Assembly: GCF_009914755.1 (NCBI RefSeq) | Contig: NC_060939.1 | Reading direction: 5' to 3' (one strand) | DNA length: 64,000 bases | Source: the human T2T-CHM13v2.0 reference genome, Homo sapiens | Shown here: positions 29,401-43,900 of the stretch, in pieces | Layout of the letters: each line of letters starts with the position of its first letter | Position numbering within the stretch: the first letter of the stretch is position 1 | Translations under genes and position numbers: made by a program | The notes under the pieces: model-generated | Database searches by the model: none | Told to the model about the DNA's origin: nothing | What the model saw: only the letters and a program-made list of their open reading frames with translations

Positions 29401-31900
29401 GTCCATTCCATTTGTGTCCACTGCATTCCATTCCACTCCATTCCATATTATTTCATTACACTCCATTCCATTCTATTACTTTCATTTCCATTCAATTCCA
29501 TTCCATTTGATTCCATTCCACTCGGTTTCATTCCATTTGAGTCCACTCCATTCCATTCCATTCCATTCAGTTCCATTCCATTCCATTCCGTTCCATTACA
29601 TTCCATTCCATTCGGTACCATTCCATATTGTTCCATTCGATTCCATTCGAATCCATTCCATTCCAGTCCATTCCATTCGATTCCATTCCATTCATTTCAA
29701 TTCCATTCCATTCCATTCCATTACATTCCACTTGATTCCTCTCCATTCCCTTCCACTGCATTCCGTTCGATTCCATTCCATTGCATTGCATTCCATTCCA
29801 TTGGATTGCATTCCATTCGATTCCATTCCATTCGAATCAATTACATAGCAATCCATTACATTCGAGTCTATTCTCTTCCGTTCCATTCGATTTCGTTCCA
29901 ATCCATTCGATTCCATTCCATTCGATTCCATTCCATACTATTGCATTCCATTCGATTACATTATATTCGAATAAGTTCCATTCAAGACCATTTCTTTTGA
30001 GTCCATTCTATTTGAGTCCATTCCCTTTGATTCCATAACATTTGAGTCCATTCAATTCCATTCCTTTCGTTTCCATTCCATTTGATGCCATTCCATTCAA
30101 TTCTGTTCTACTCGACTCCAATACACTCAATTCCATTCCATCCGATTCCATTACATTCTTTTCATTTCTTATCCATTTCAAGCCATTCCACTCCATTCCA
30201 TTCCACTCGTTTCCTTTCCATTCGAGTCCATTCCTCTTCCAGTCCATTCCGTTCAATCCATTCCATTCCAGTCCATTCCATTCGAGTCCGTTCCATTCCA
30301 GTCCATTCCATTCGAGTCAATTCCATTCCATTCGATGTCTTTCCATAACGATCCATTCCATTCTATTCCTTTCGATTCCATTCCATTCTATTTCATTCCA
30401 TTCGATTCCCTTCCATTGGACTCCTTTCCATTCGAGTGCATTCCATTCCGTTCCATTTCTTTCCGTTCTGTACGATTCCTACCGTTCGATTTCATTTTGT
30501 TCCAGTCCATTCCTTTCGCGTCCATTCCATTCCATTTCACTCCATTCGATTCCATTCCACTCGATTCCACTTCGTTCCATTTCATTGCATTCCATTCTAT
30601 TCAACTCTATTGCCTTCCATTCCATTCCATTCGATTACATTCCATGCGATTCCATTCGAAATCGAATCAATTACATTGCAAACCATTACTATTGAGTTCG
30701 TTTTATTCCAGTCCACTGCATTCTGGTCCATTCCATTTGATTCCATTCCATTCTATTCCATTCCATACAGTTGCATTCCATTGGATTCCATGCTATATCT
30801 ATAAATTCAATTCGAGACCATTGCTTTTGAGTCCATTCTATATGATTCCATTCCATTCAAGTCCATTATATTTGGTTAAATTCCATTCCATTCGGTTCAA
30901 TTCCATTCCATTCCATTCCCTTCCATTCCATTCCAGTTGATATCAATCCATTCGATTCCATTCCATTCGAGCACATTCCATTCGAGTCCATTCCATTCGA
31001 TGCCATTCCATTTGATTCTATTCCATTAGTCTCCATTCAATTCCATTAATCTCCATTCCATTCCATTCTACTCCAACTGATTCCATTCCATTCTATTCCT
31101 TTCCATTCCATTTCATTCCATTCCATTCCATTCCATTCCATTCCATTCCATTCGTGTCCATTCCACTCCAGTCCATTCCATTCGTATCCATTCCATTCCA
31201 GTCCATTCCATTTGTGTCCACTGCATTCCATTCCACTCCATTCCATATTATTCCATTACACTCCATTCCATTCTATTACTTTCATTTCCATTCAATTCCA
31301 TTCCATTTGATTCCATTCCACTCGGTTTCATTCCATTTGAGTCCACTCCATTCCATTCCATTCCATTCAGTTCCATTCGATTCTGTTCCATTCCATTCCG
31401 TTCCGTTACATTCCATTCCATTCGGTACCATTCCATATTGTTCCATTCGATTCCATTCGAATCCATTCCATTCCAGTCCATTCCATTCGATTCCATTCCA
31501 TTCATTTCAATTCCATTCCATTACATTCCACTTGATTCCTCTCCATTCCCCTCCACTGCATTCCGTTCGATTCCATTCCATTGCATTGCATTCCATTCCA
31601 TTGGATTGCATTCCATTCGATTCCATTCCATTCGAATCAATTACATAGCAATCCATTACATTCGAGTCTATTCTCTTCCGTTCCATTCGATTTCGTTCCA
31701 ATCCATTCGATTCCATTCCATTCGATTCCATTCCATACTATTGCATTCCATTCGATTACATTATATTCGAATAAGTTCCATTCAAGACCATTTCTTTTGA
31801 GTCCATTCTATTTGAGTCCATTCCCTTTGATTCCATAACATTTGAGTCCATTCAATTCCATTCCTTTCGTTTCCATTCCATTTGATGCCATTCCATTCAA
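17500..31900 (+). repeat. Copy 1 of an 8-unit (14,384 bp) tandem block duplication (boundaries approximate, +/-200 bp)
   Basis: Rare variants recur at offset +14,384: CCATTTCATTCGAG (~17690/32075), TTCTATACCATTAG (~18415/32799), TTTCCCTTCAA (~18683/33067), GACCATTGCTTTT (~19200/33584). Later markers recur at offsets +18,020 and +19,804. Confidence 0.85.
23930..23978 (+). repeat. Near-pure (CATTC)n tract; long allele of the per-unit length-variable site just upstream of CGTGTCC
   Basis: The ATTCC run is uninterrupted. The homologous tract is much shorter in other units (e.g. ~25730-25752, ~29330-29353). Confidence 0.8.
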
Positions 31901-34900
31901 TTCTGTTCTACTCGACTCCAATACATTCAATTCCATTCCATCCGATTCCATTACATTCTTTTCATTTCTTATCCATTTCAAGCCATTCCACTCCATTCCA
32001 TTCCACTCGTTTCCTTTCCATTCGAGTCCATTCCTCTCCAGTCCATTCCGTTCAATCCATTCCATTCCAGTCCATTTCATTCGAGTCCGTTCCATTCCAG
32101 TCCATTCCATTCGAGTCAATTCTATCCCATTCGATGTCTTTCCATAACGATCCATTCCATTCTATTCCTTTCGATTCCATTCCATTCTATTTCATTCCAT
32201 TCGATTTCCTTCCATTGGACTCCTTTCCATTCGAGTGCATTCCATTCCGTTCCATTTCTTTCCGTTCTGTACGATTCCTACCGTTCGATTTCATTTTGTT
32301 CCAGTCCATTCCTTTCGCGTCCATTCCATTCCATTTCACTCCATTCGATTCCATTCCACTCGATTCCACTTCGTTCCATTTCATTGCATTCCATTCTATT
32401 CAACTCTATTGCCTTCCATTCCATTCCATTCGATTACATTCCATGCGATTCCATTCGAAATCGAATCAATTACATTGCAATCCATTACTATTGAGTCCAT
32501 TTTATTCCAGTCCACTGCATTCTGGTCCATTCCATTTGATTCCATTCCATTCTATTCCATTCCATACAGTTGCATTCCATTGGATTCCATGCTATATCTA
32601 TAAATTCAATTCGAGACCATTGCTTTTGAGTCCATTCTATATGATTCCATTCCATTCAAGTCCATTACATTTGGTTCAATTCCATTCCATTCCACTCCCT
32701 TCCATTCCATTCCATTTGATATCAATCCATTCGATTCCATTCCATTCGAGCACATTCCATTCGAGTCCATTCCATTCGATGCCATTCCATTTGATTCTAT
32801 ACCATTAGTCTCCATTCAATTCCATTAATCTCCATTCCATTCCATTCTACTCCAACTGATTCCATTCCATTCTATTCCTTTCCATTCCATTTCATTCCAT
32901 TCCATTCCATTTCATTCCATTCCATTCCATTCGTGTCCATTCCACTCCAGTCCATTCCATTCGTTTCCATTCCATTCCAGTCCATTCCATTTGTGTCCAC
33001 TGCATTCCATTCCACTCCATTCCATATTATTCCATTACACTCCATTCCATTCTATTACTTTCATTTCCCTTCAATTCCATTCCATTTGATTCCATTCCAC
33101 TCGGTTTCATTCCATTTGAGTCCACTCCATTCCATTCCATTCCATTCCATTCAGTTCCATTCCATTCTGTTCCATTCCATTCCGTTCCATTACATTCCAT
33201 TCCATTCGGTACCATTCCATATTGTTCCATTCGATTCCATTCGAATCCATTCCATTCCAGTCCATTCCATTCAATTCCATTCCATTCATTTCAATTCCAT
33301 TCCATTCCATTCCTTTACATTCCACTTGATTCCTCTCCATTCTCTTCCACTGCATTCCGTTCGATTCCATTCCATTGCATTGCATTCCATTCCATTGGAT
33401 TGCATTCCATTCGATTCCATTCCATTCGAATCAATTACATAGCAATCCATTACATTCGAGTCTATTCTATTCCGTTCCATTCGATTTCGTTCCAATCCAT
33501 TCGATTCCATTCCATTCGATTCCATTCCATACTATTACATTCCATTCGATTACATTATATTCGAATAAGTTCCATTCAAGACCATTGCTTTTGAGTCCAT
33601 TCTATTTGAGTCCATTCCCTTTGATTCCATAACATTTGAGTCCATTCAATTCCATTCCTTTCGTTTCCATTCCATTTGATGCCATTCCATTCAATTCTGT
33701 TCTACTCGACTCCAATACATTCAATTCCATTCCATCCGATTCCATTACATTCTTTTCATTTCTTATCCATTTCAAGCCATTCCACTCCATTCCATTCCAC
33801 TCGTTTCCTTTCCATTCGAGTCCATTCCTCTCCAGTCCATTCCGTTCAATCCATTCCATTCCAGTCCATTCCATTCGAGTCCGTTCCATTCCAGTCCATT
33901 CCATTCGAGTCAATTCCATCCCATTCGATGTCTTTCCATAACGATCCATTCCATTCTATTCCTTTCTATTCCATTCCATTCTATTTCATTCCATTCGATT
34001 CCCTTCCATTGGACTCCTTTCCATTCGAGTGCATTCCATTCCGTTCCATTTCTTTCCGTTCTGTACGATTCCTACCGTTCGATTTCATTTTGTTCCAGTC
34101 CATTCCTTTCGCGTCCATTCCATTCCATTTCACTCCATTCGATTCCATTCCCCTCGATTCCACTTCGTTCCATTTCATTGCATTCCATTCTATTCAACTC
34201 TATTGCCTTCCATTCCATTCCATTCGATTACATTCCATGCGATTCCATTCGAAATCGAATCAATTACATTGCAATCCATTACTATTGAGTCCATTTTATT
34301 CCAGTCCACTGCATTCTGGTCCATTCCATTTGATTCCATTCCATTCTATTCCATTCCATACAGTTGCATTCCATTGGATTCCATTCTATATCTATAAATT
34401 CAATTCGAGACCATTGCTTTTGAGTCCATTCTATATGATTCCATTCCATTCAAGTCCATTACATTTGGTTCAATTCCATTCCATTCCATTCCCTTCCATT
34501 CCATTCCAGTTGATATCAATCCATTCGATTCCATTCCATTCGAGCACATTCCATTCGAGTCCATTCCATTCGATGCCATTCCATTTGATTCTATTCCATT
34601 AGTCTCCATTCAATTCCATTAATCTCCATTCCATTCCATTCTACTCCAACTGATTCCATTCCATTCTATTCCTTTCCATTCCATTTCATTCCATTCCATT
34701 CCATTTCATTCCATTCCATTCCATTCGTGTCCATTCCACTCCAGTCCATTCCATTCGTGTCCATTCCATTCCAGTCCATTCCATTTGTGTCCACTGCATT
34801 CCATTCCACTCCATTCCATATTATTCCATTACACTCCATTCCATTCTATTACTTTCATTTCCATTCAATTCCATTCCATTTGATTCCATTCCACTCGGTT

Positions 34901-37900
34901 TCATTCCATTTGAGTCCACTCCATTCCATTCCATTCCATTCAGTTCCATTCCATTCTGTTCCATTCCATTCCGTTCCATTACATTCCATTCCATTCGGTA
35001 CCATTCCATATTGTTCCATTTGATTCCATTCGAATCCATTCCATTCCAGTCCATTCCATTCGATTCCATTCCATTCATTTCAATTCCATTCCATTCCATT
35101 CCATTACATTCCACTTGATTCCTCTCCATTCCCTTCCAGTGCATTCCGTTCGATTCCATTCCATTGCATTGCATTCCATTCCATTGGATTGCATTCCATT
35201 CGATTCCATTCCATTCGAATCAATTACATAGCAATCCATTACATTCGAGTCTATTCTCTTCCGTTCCATTCGATTTCGTTCCAATCCATTCGATTCCATT
35301 CCATTCGATTCCATTCCATACTATTGCATTCCATTCGATTACATTATATTCGAATAAGTTCCATTCAAGACCATTTCTTTTGAGTCCATTCTATTTGAGT
35401 CCATTCCCTTTGATTCCATAACATTTGAGTCCATTCAATTCCATTCCTTTCGTTTCCATTCCATTTGATGCCATTCCATTCAATTCTGTTCTACTCGACT
35501 CCAATACATTCAATTCCATTCCATCCGATTCCATTACATTCTTTTCATTTCTTATCCATTTCAAGCCATTCCACTCCATTCCATTCCACTCGTTTCCTTT
35601 CCATTCGAGTCCATTCCTCTCCAGTCCATTCCGTTCAATCCATTCCATTCCAGTCCATTCCATTCGAGTCCGTTCCATTCCAGTCCATTCCATTCGAGTC
35701 AATTCCATTCCATTCGATGTCTTTCCATAACGATCCATTCCATTCTATTCCTTTCGATTCCATTCCATTCTATTTCATTCCATTCGATTCCCTTCCATTG
35801 GACTCCTTTCCATTCGAGTGCATTCCATTCCGTTCCATTTCTTTCCGTTCTGTACGATTCCTACCGTTCGATTTCATTTTGTTCCAGTCCATTCTTTCGC
35901 GTCCATTCCATTCCATTTCACTCCATTCGATTCCATTCCACTCGATTCCACTTCGTTCCATTTCATTGCATTCCATTCTATTCAACTCTATTGCCTTCCA
36001 TTCCATTCCATTCCATTACATTCCATGCGATTCCATTCGAAATCGAATCAATTACATTGCAATCCATTACTATTGAGTCCGTTTTATTCCAGTCCACTGC
36101 ATTCTGGTCCATTCCATTTGATTCCATTCCATTCTATTCCATTCCATACAGTTGCATTCCATTGGATTCCATGCTATATCTATAAATTCAATTCGAGACC
36201 ATTGCTTTTGAGTCCATTCTATATGATTCCATTCCATTCAAGTCCATTACATTTGGTTAAATTCCATTCCATTCGGTTCAATTCCATTCCATTCCATTCC
36301 CTTCCATTCCATTCCAGTTGATATCAATCCATTCGATTCCATTCCATTCGAGCACATTCCATTCGAGTCCATTCCATTCGATGCCATTCCATTTGATTCT
36401 ATTCCATTAGTCTCCATTCAATTCCATTAATCTCCATTCCATTCCATTCTACTCCAACTGATTCCATTCCATTCTATTCCTTTCCATTCCATTTCATTCC
36501 ATTCCATTCCATTCCATTCCATTCCATTCCATTCCATTCGTGTCCATTCCACTCCAGTCCATTCCATTCGTATCCATTCCATTCCAGTCCATTCCATTTG
36601 TGTCCACTGCATTCCATTCCACTCCATTCCATATTATTCCATTACACTCCATTCCATTCTATTACTTTCATTTCCATTCAATTCCATTCCATTTGATTCC
36701 ATTCCACTCGGTTTCATTCCATTTGAGTCCACTCCATTCCATTCCATTCCATTCAGTTCCATTCCATTCTGTTCCATTCCATTCCGTTCCATTACATTCC
36801 ATTCCATTCGGTACCATTCCATATTGTTCCATTCGATTCCATTCGAATCCATTCCATTCCAGTCCATTCCATTCGATTCCATTCCATTCATTTCAATTCC
36901 ATTCCATTCCATTCCATTACATTCCACTTGATTCCTCTCCATTCCCTTCCACTGCATTCCGTTCGATTCCATTCCATTGCATTGCATTCCATTCTATTGG
37001 ATTGCATTCCATTCGATTCCATTCCATTCGAATCAATTACATAGCAATCCATTACATTCGAGTCTATTCTCTTCCGTTCCATTCGATTTCGTTCCAATCC
37101 ATTCGATTCCATTCCATTCGGTTCCATTCCATACTATTGCATTCCATTCGATTACATTATATTCGAATAAGTTCCATTCAAGACCATTTCTTTTGAGTCC
37201 ATTCTATTTGAGTCCATTCCCTTTGATTCCATAACATTTGAGTCCATTCAATTCCATTCCTTTCGTTTCCATTCCATTTGATGCCATTCCATTCAATTCT
37301 GTTCTACTCGACTCCAATACATTCAATTCCATTCCATCCGATTCCATTACATTCTTTTCATTTCTTATCCATTTCAAGCCATTCCACTCCATTCCATTCC
37401 ACTCGTTTCCTTTCCATTCGAGTCCATTCCTCTCCAGTCCATTCCGTTCAATCCATTCCATTCCAGTCCATTCCATTCGAGTCCGTTCCATTCCAGTCCA
37501 TTCCATTCGAGTCAATTCCATTCCATTCGATGTCTTTCCATAACGATCCATTCCATTCTATTCCTTTCGATTCCATTCCATTCTATTTCATTCCATTCGA
37601 TTCCCTTCCATTGGACTCCTTTCCATTCGAGTGCATTCCATTCCGTTCCATTTCTTTCCGTTCTGTACGATTCCTACCATTCGATTTCATTTTGTTCCAG
37701 TCCATTCTTTCGCGTCCATTCCATTCCATTTCACTCCATTCGATTCCATTCCACTCGATTCCACTTCGTTCCATTTCATTGCATTCCATTCCATTCAACT
37801 CTATTGCCTTCCATTCCATTCCCTTCCATTACATTCCATGCGATTCCATTCGAAATCGAATCAATTACATTGCAATCCATTACTATTGAGTCCGTTTTAT

Positions 37901-40900
37901 TCCAGTCCACTGCATTCTGGTCCATTCCATTTGATTCCATTCCATTCTATTCCATTCCATACAGTTGCATTCCATTGGATTCCATGCTATATCTATAAAT
38001 TCAATTCGAGACCATTGCTTTTGAGTCCATTCTATATGATTCCATTCCATTCAAGTCCATTACATTTGGTTAAATTCCATTCCATTCGGTTCAATTCCAT
38101 TCCATTCCATTCCCTTCCATTCCATTCCAGTTGATATCAATCCATTCGATTCCATTCCATTCGAGCACATTCCATTCGAGTCCATTCCATTCGATGCCAT
38201 TCCATTTGATTCTATTCCATTAGTCTCCATTCAATTCCATTAATCTCCATTCCATTCCATTCTACTCCAACTGATTCCATTCCATTCTATTCCTTTCCAT
38301 TCCATTTCATTCCATTCAATTCCATTCCATTCCATTCCATTCCATTCCATTCCATTCCATTCGTGTCCATTCCACTCCAGTCCATTCCATTCGTATCCAT
38401 TCCATTCCAGTCCATTCCATTTGTGTCCACTGCATTCCATTCCACTCCATTCCATATTATTCCATTACACTCCATTCCATTCTATTACTTTCATTTCCAT
38501 TCAATTCCATTCCATTTGATTCCATTCAACTCGGTTTCATTCCATTTGAGTCCACTCCATTCCATTCCATTCCATTCAGTTCCATTCCATTCTGTTCCAT
38601 TCCATTCCGTTCCATTACATTCCATTCCATTCGGTACCATTCCATATTGTTCCATTCGATTCCATTCGAATCCATTCCATTCCAGTCCATTCCATTCGAT
38701 TCCATTCCATTCATTTCAATTCCATTCCATTCCATTCCATTACATTCCACTTGATTCCTCTCCATTCCCTTCCAGTGCATTCCGTTCGATTCCATTCCAT
38801 TGCATTGCATTCCATTCCATTGGATTGCATTCCATTCGATTCCATTCCATTCGAATCAATTACATAGCAATCCATTACATTCGAGTCTATTCTCTTCCGT
38901 TCCATTCGATTTCGTTCCAATCCATTCGATTCCATTCCATTCGATTCCATTCCATACTATTGCATTCCATTCGATTACATTATATTCGAATAAGTTCCAT
39001 TCAAGACCATTTCTTTTGAGTCCATTCTATTTGAGTCCATTCCCTTTGATTCCATAACATTTGAGTCCATTCAATTCCATTCCTTTCGTTTCCATTCCAT
39101 TTGATGCCATTCCATTCAATTCTGTTCTACTCGACTCCAATACATTCAATTCCATTCCATCCGATTCCATTACATTCTTTTCATTTCTTATCCATTTCAA
39201 GCCATTCCACTCCATTCCATTCCACTCGTTTCCTTTCCATTCGAGTCCATTCCTCTCCAGTCCATTCCGTTCAATCCATTCCATTCCAGTCCATTCCATT
39301 CGAGTCCGTTCCATTCCAGTCCATTCCATTCGAGTCAATTCCATTCCATTCGATGTCTTTCCATAACGATCCATTCCATTCTATTCCTTTCGATTCCATT
39401 CCATTCTATTTCATTCCATTCGATTCCCTTCCATTGGACTCCTTTCCATTCGAGTGCATTCCATTCCGTTCCATTTCTTTCCGTTCTGTACGATTCCTAC
39501 CGTTCGATTTCATTTTGTTCCAGTCCATTCTTTCGCGTCCATTCCATTCCATTTCACTCCATTCGATTCCATTCCACTCGATTCCACTTCGTTCCATTTC
39601 ATTGCATTCCATTCTATTCAACTCTATTGCCTTCCATTCCATTCCATTCCATTACATTCCATGCGATTCCATTCGAAATCGAATCAATTACATTGCAATC
39701 CATTACTATTGAGTCCGTTTTATTCCAGTCCACTGCATTCTGGTCCATTCCATTTGATTCCATTCCATTCTATTCCATTCCATACAGTTGCATTCCATTG
39801 GATTCCATGCTATATCTATAAATTCAATTCGAGACCATTGCTTTTGAGTCCATTCTATATGATTCCATTCCATTCAAGTCCATTACATTTGGTTAAATTC
39901 CATTCCATTCGGTTCAATTCCATTCCATTCCATTCCCTTCCATTCCATTCCAGTTGATATCAATCCATTCGATTCCATTCCATTCGAGCACATTCCATTC
40001 GAGTCCATTCCATTCGATGCCATTCCATTTGATTCTATTCCATTAGTCTCCATTCAATTCCATTAATCTCCATTCCATTCCATTCTACTCCAACTGATTC
40101 CATTCCATTCTATTCCTTTCCATTCCATTTCATTCCATTCCATTCCATTCCATTCCATTCCATTCCATTCCATTCGTGTCCATTCCACTCCAGTCCATTC
40201 CATTCGTATCCATTCCATTCCAGTCCATTCCATTTGTGTCCACTGCATTCCATTCCACTCCATTCCATATTATTCCATTACACTCCATTCCATTCTATTA
40301 CTTTCATTTCCATTCAATTCCATTCCATTTGATTCCATTCCACTCGGTTTCATTCCATTTGAGTCCACTCCATTCCATTCCATTCCATTCAGTTCCATTC
40401 CATTCTGTTCCATTCCATTCCGTTCCATTACATTCCATTCCATTCGGTACCATTCCATATTGTTCCATTCGATTCCATTCGAATCCATTCCATTCCAGTC
40501 CATTCCATTCGATTCCATTCCATTCATTTCAATTCCATTCCATTCCATTCCATTACATTCCACTTGATTCCTCTCCATTCCCTTCCACTGCATTCCGTTC
40601 GATTCCATTCCATTGCATTGCATTCCATTCTATTGGATTGCATTCCATTCGATTCCATTCCATTCGAATCAATTACATAGCAATCCATTACATTCGAGTC
40701 TATTCTCTTCCGTTCCATTCGATTTCGTTCCAATCCATTCGATTCCATTCCATTCGGTTCCATTCCATACTATTGCATTCCATTCGATTACATTATATTC
40801 GAATAAGTTCCATTCAAGACCATTTCTTTTGAGTCCATTCTATTTGAGTCCATTCCCTTTGATTCCATAACATTTGAGTCCATTCAATTCCATTCCTTTC

Positions 40901-43900
40901 GTTTCCATTCCATTTGATGCCATTCCATTCAATTCTGTTCTACTCGACTCCAATACATTCAATTCCATTCCATCCGATTCCATTACATTCTTTTCATTTC
41001 TTATCCATTTCAAGCCATTCCACTCCATTCCATTCCACTCGTTTCCTTTCCATTCGAGTCCATTCCTCTCCAGTCCATTCCGTTCAATCCATTCCATTCC
41101 AGTCCATTCCATTCGAGTCCGTTCCATTCCAGTCCATTCCATTCGAGTCAATTCCATTCCATTCGATGTCTTTCCATAACGATCCATTCCATTCTATTCC
41201 TTTCGATTCCATTCCATTCTATTTCATTCCATTCGATTCCCTTCCATTGGACTCCTTTCCATTCGAGTGCATTCCATTCCGTTCCATTTCTTTCCGTTCT
41301 GTACGATTCCTACCGTTCGATTTCATTTTGTTCCAGTCCATTCTTTCGCGTCCATTCCATTCCATTTCACTCCATTCGATTCCATTCCACTCGATTCCAC
41401 TTCGTTCCATTTCATTGCATTCCATTCCATTCAACTCTATTGCCTTCCATTCCATTCCCTTCCATTACATTCCATGCGATTCCATTCGAAATCGAATCAA
41501 TTACATTGCAATCCATTACTATTGAGTCCGTTTTATTCCAGTCCACTGCATTCTGGTCCATTCCATTTGATTCCATTCCATTCTATTCCATTCCATACAG
41601 TTGCATTCCATTGGATTCCATGCTATATCTATAAATTCAATTCGAGACCATTGCTTTTGAGTCCATTCTATATGATTCCATTCCATTCAAGTCCATTACA
41701 TTTGGTTAAATTCCATTCCATTCGGTTCAATTCCATTCCATTCCATTCCCTTCCATTCCATTCCAGTTGATATCAATCCATTCGATTCCATTCCATTCGA
41801 GCACATTCCATTCGAGTCCATTCCATTCGATGCCATTCCATTTGATTCTATTCCATTAGTCTCCATTCAATTCCATTAATCTCCATTCCATTCCATTCTA
41901 CTCCAACTGATTCCATTCCATTCTATTCCTTTCCATTCCATTTCATTCCATTCAATTCCATTCCATTCCATTCCATTCCATTCCATTCCATTCCATTCGT
42001 GTCCATTCCACTCCAGTCCATTCCATTCGTATCCATTCCATTCCAGTCCATTCCATTTGTGTCCACTGCATTCCATTCCACTCCATTCCATATTATTCCA
42101 TTACACTCCATTCCATTCTATTACTTTCATTTCCATTCAATTCCATTCCATTTGATTCCATTCAACTCGGTTTCATTCCATTTGAGTCCACTCCATTCCA
42201 TTCCATTCCATTCAGTTCCATTCCATTCTGTTCCATTCCATTCCGTTCCATTACATTCCATTCCATTCGGTACCATTCCATATTGTTCCATTCGATTCCA
42301 TTTGAATCCATTCCATTCCAGTCCATTCCATTCGATTCCATTCCATTCATTTCAATTCCATTCCATTCCATTCCATTACATTCCACTTGATTCCTCTCCA
42401 TTCCCTTCCAGTGCATTCCGTTCGATTCCATTCCATTGCATTGCATTCCATTCCATTGGATTGCATTCCATTCGATTCCATTCCATTCGAATCAATTACA
42501 TAGCAATCCATTACATTCGAGTCTATTCTCTTCCGTTCCATTCGATTTCGTTCCAATCCATTCGATTCCATTCCATTCGATTCCATTCCATACTATTGCA
42601 TTCCATTCGATTACATTATATTCGAATAAGTTCCATTCAAGACCATTTCTTTTGAGTCCATTCTATTTGAGTCCATTCCCTTTGATTCCATAACATTTGA
42701 GTCCATTCAATTCCATTCCTTTCGTTTCCATTCCATTTGATGCCATTCCATTCAATTCTGTTCTACTCGACTCCAATACATTCAATTCCATTCCATCCAA
42801 TTCCATTACATTCTTTTCATTTCTTATCCATTTCAAGCCATTCCACTCCATTCCATTCCACTCGTTTCCTTTCCATTCGAGTCCATTCCTCTCCAGTCCA
42901 TTCCGTTCAATCCATTCCATTCCAGTCCATTCCATTCGAGTCCGTTCCATTCCAGTCCATTCCATTCGAGTCAATTCCATTCCATTCGATGTCTTTCCAT
43001 AACGATCCATTCCATTCTATTCCTTTCGATTCCATTCCATTCTATTTCATTCCATTCGATTCCCTTCCATTGGACTCCTTTCCATTCGAGTGCATTCCAT
43101 TCCGTTCCATTTCTTTCCGTTCTGTACGATTCCTACCGTTCGATTTCATTTTGTTCCAGTCCATTCCTTTCGCGTCCATTCCATTCCATTTCACTCCATT
43201 CGATTCCATTCCACTCGATTCCACTTCGTTCCATTTCATTGCATTCCATTCTATTCAACTCTATTGCCTTCCATTCCATTCCATTCGATTACATTCCATG
43301 CGATTCCAATCGAAATCGAATCAATTACATTGCAAACCATTACTATTGAGTCCGTTTTATTCCAGTCCACTGCATTCTGGTCCATTCCATTTGATTCCAT
43401 TCCATTCTATTCCATTCCATACAGTTGCATTCCATTGGATTCCATGCTATATCTATAAATTCAATTCGAGACCATTGCTTTTGAGTCCATTCTATATGAT
43501 TCCATTCCATTCAAGTCCATTACATTTGGTTCAATTCCATTCCATTCCATTCCCTTTCATTCCATTCCATTTGATATCAATCCATTCGATTCCATTCCAT
43601 TCGAGCACATTCCATTCGAGTCCATTCCATTCGATGCCATTCCATTTGATTCTATTCCATTAGTCTCCATTCAATTCCATTAATCTCCATTCCATTCCAT
43701 TCTACTCCAACTGATTCCATTCCATTCTATTCCTTTCCATTCCATTTCATTCCATTCCATTCCATTCCATTCCATTCCATTCCATTCGTGTCCATTCCAC
43801 TCCAGTCCATTCCATTCGTGTCCATTCCATTCCAGTCCATTCCATTTGTGTCCACTGCATTCCATTCCACTCCATTCCATATTATTCCATTACACTCCAT

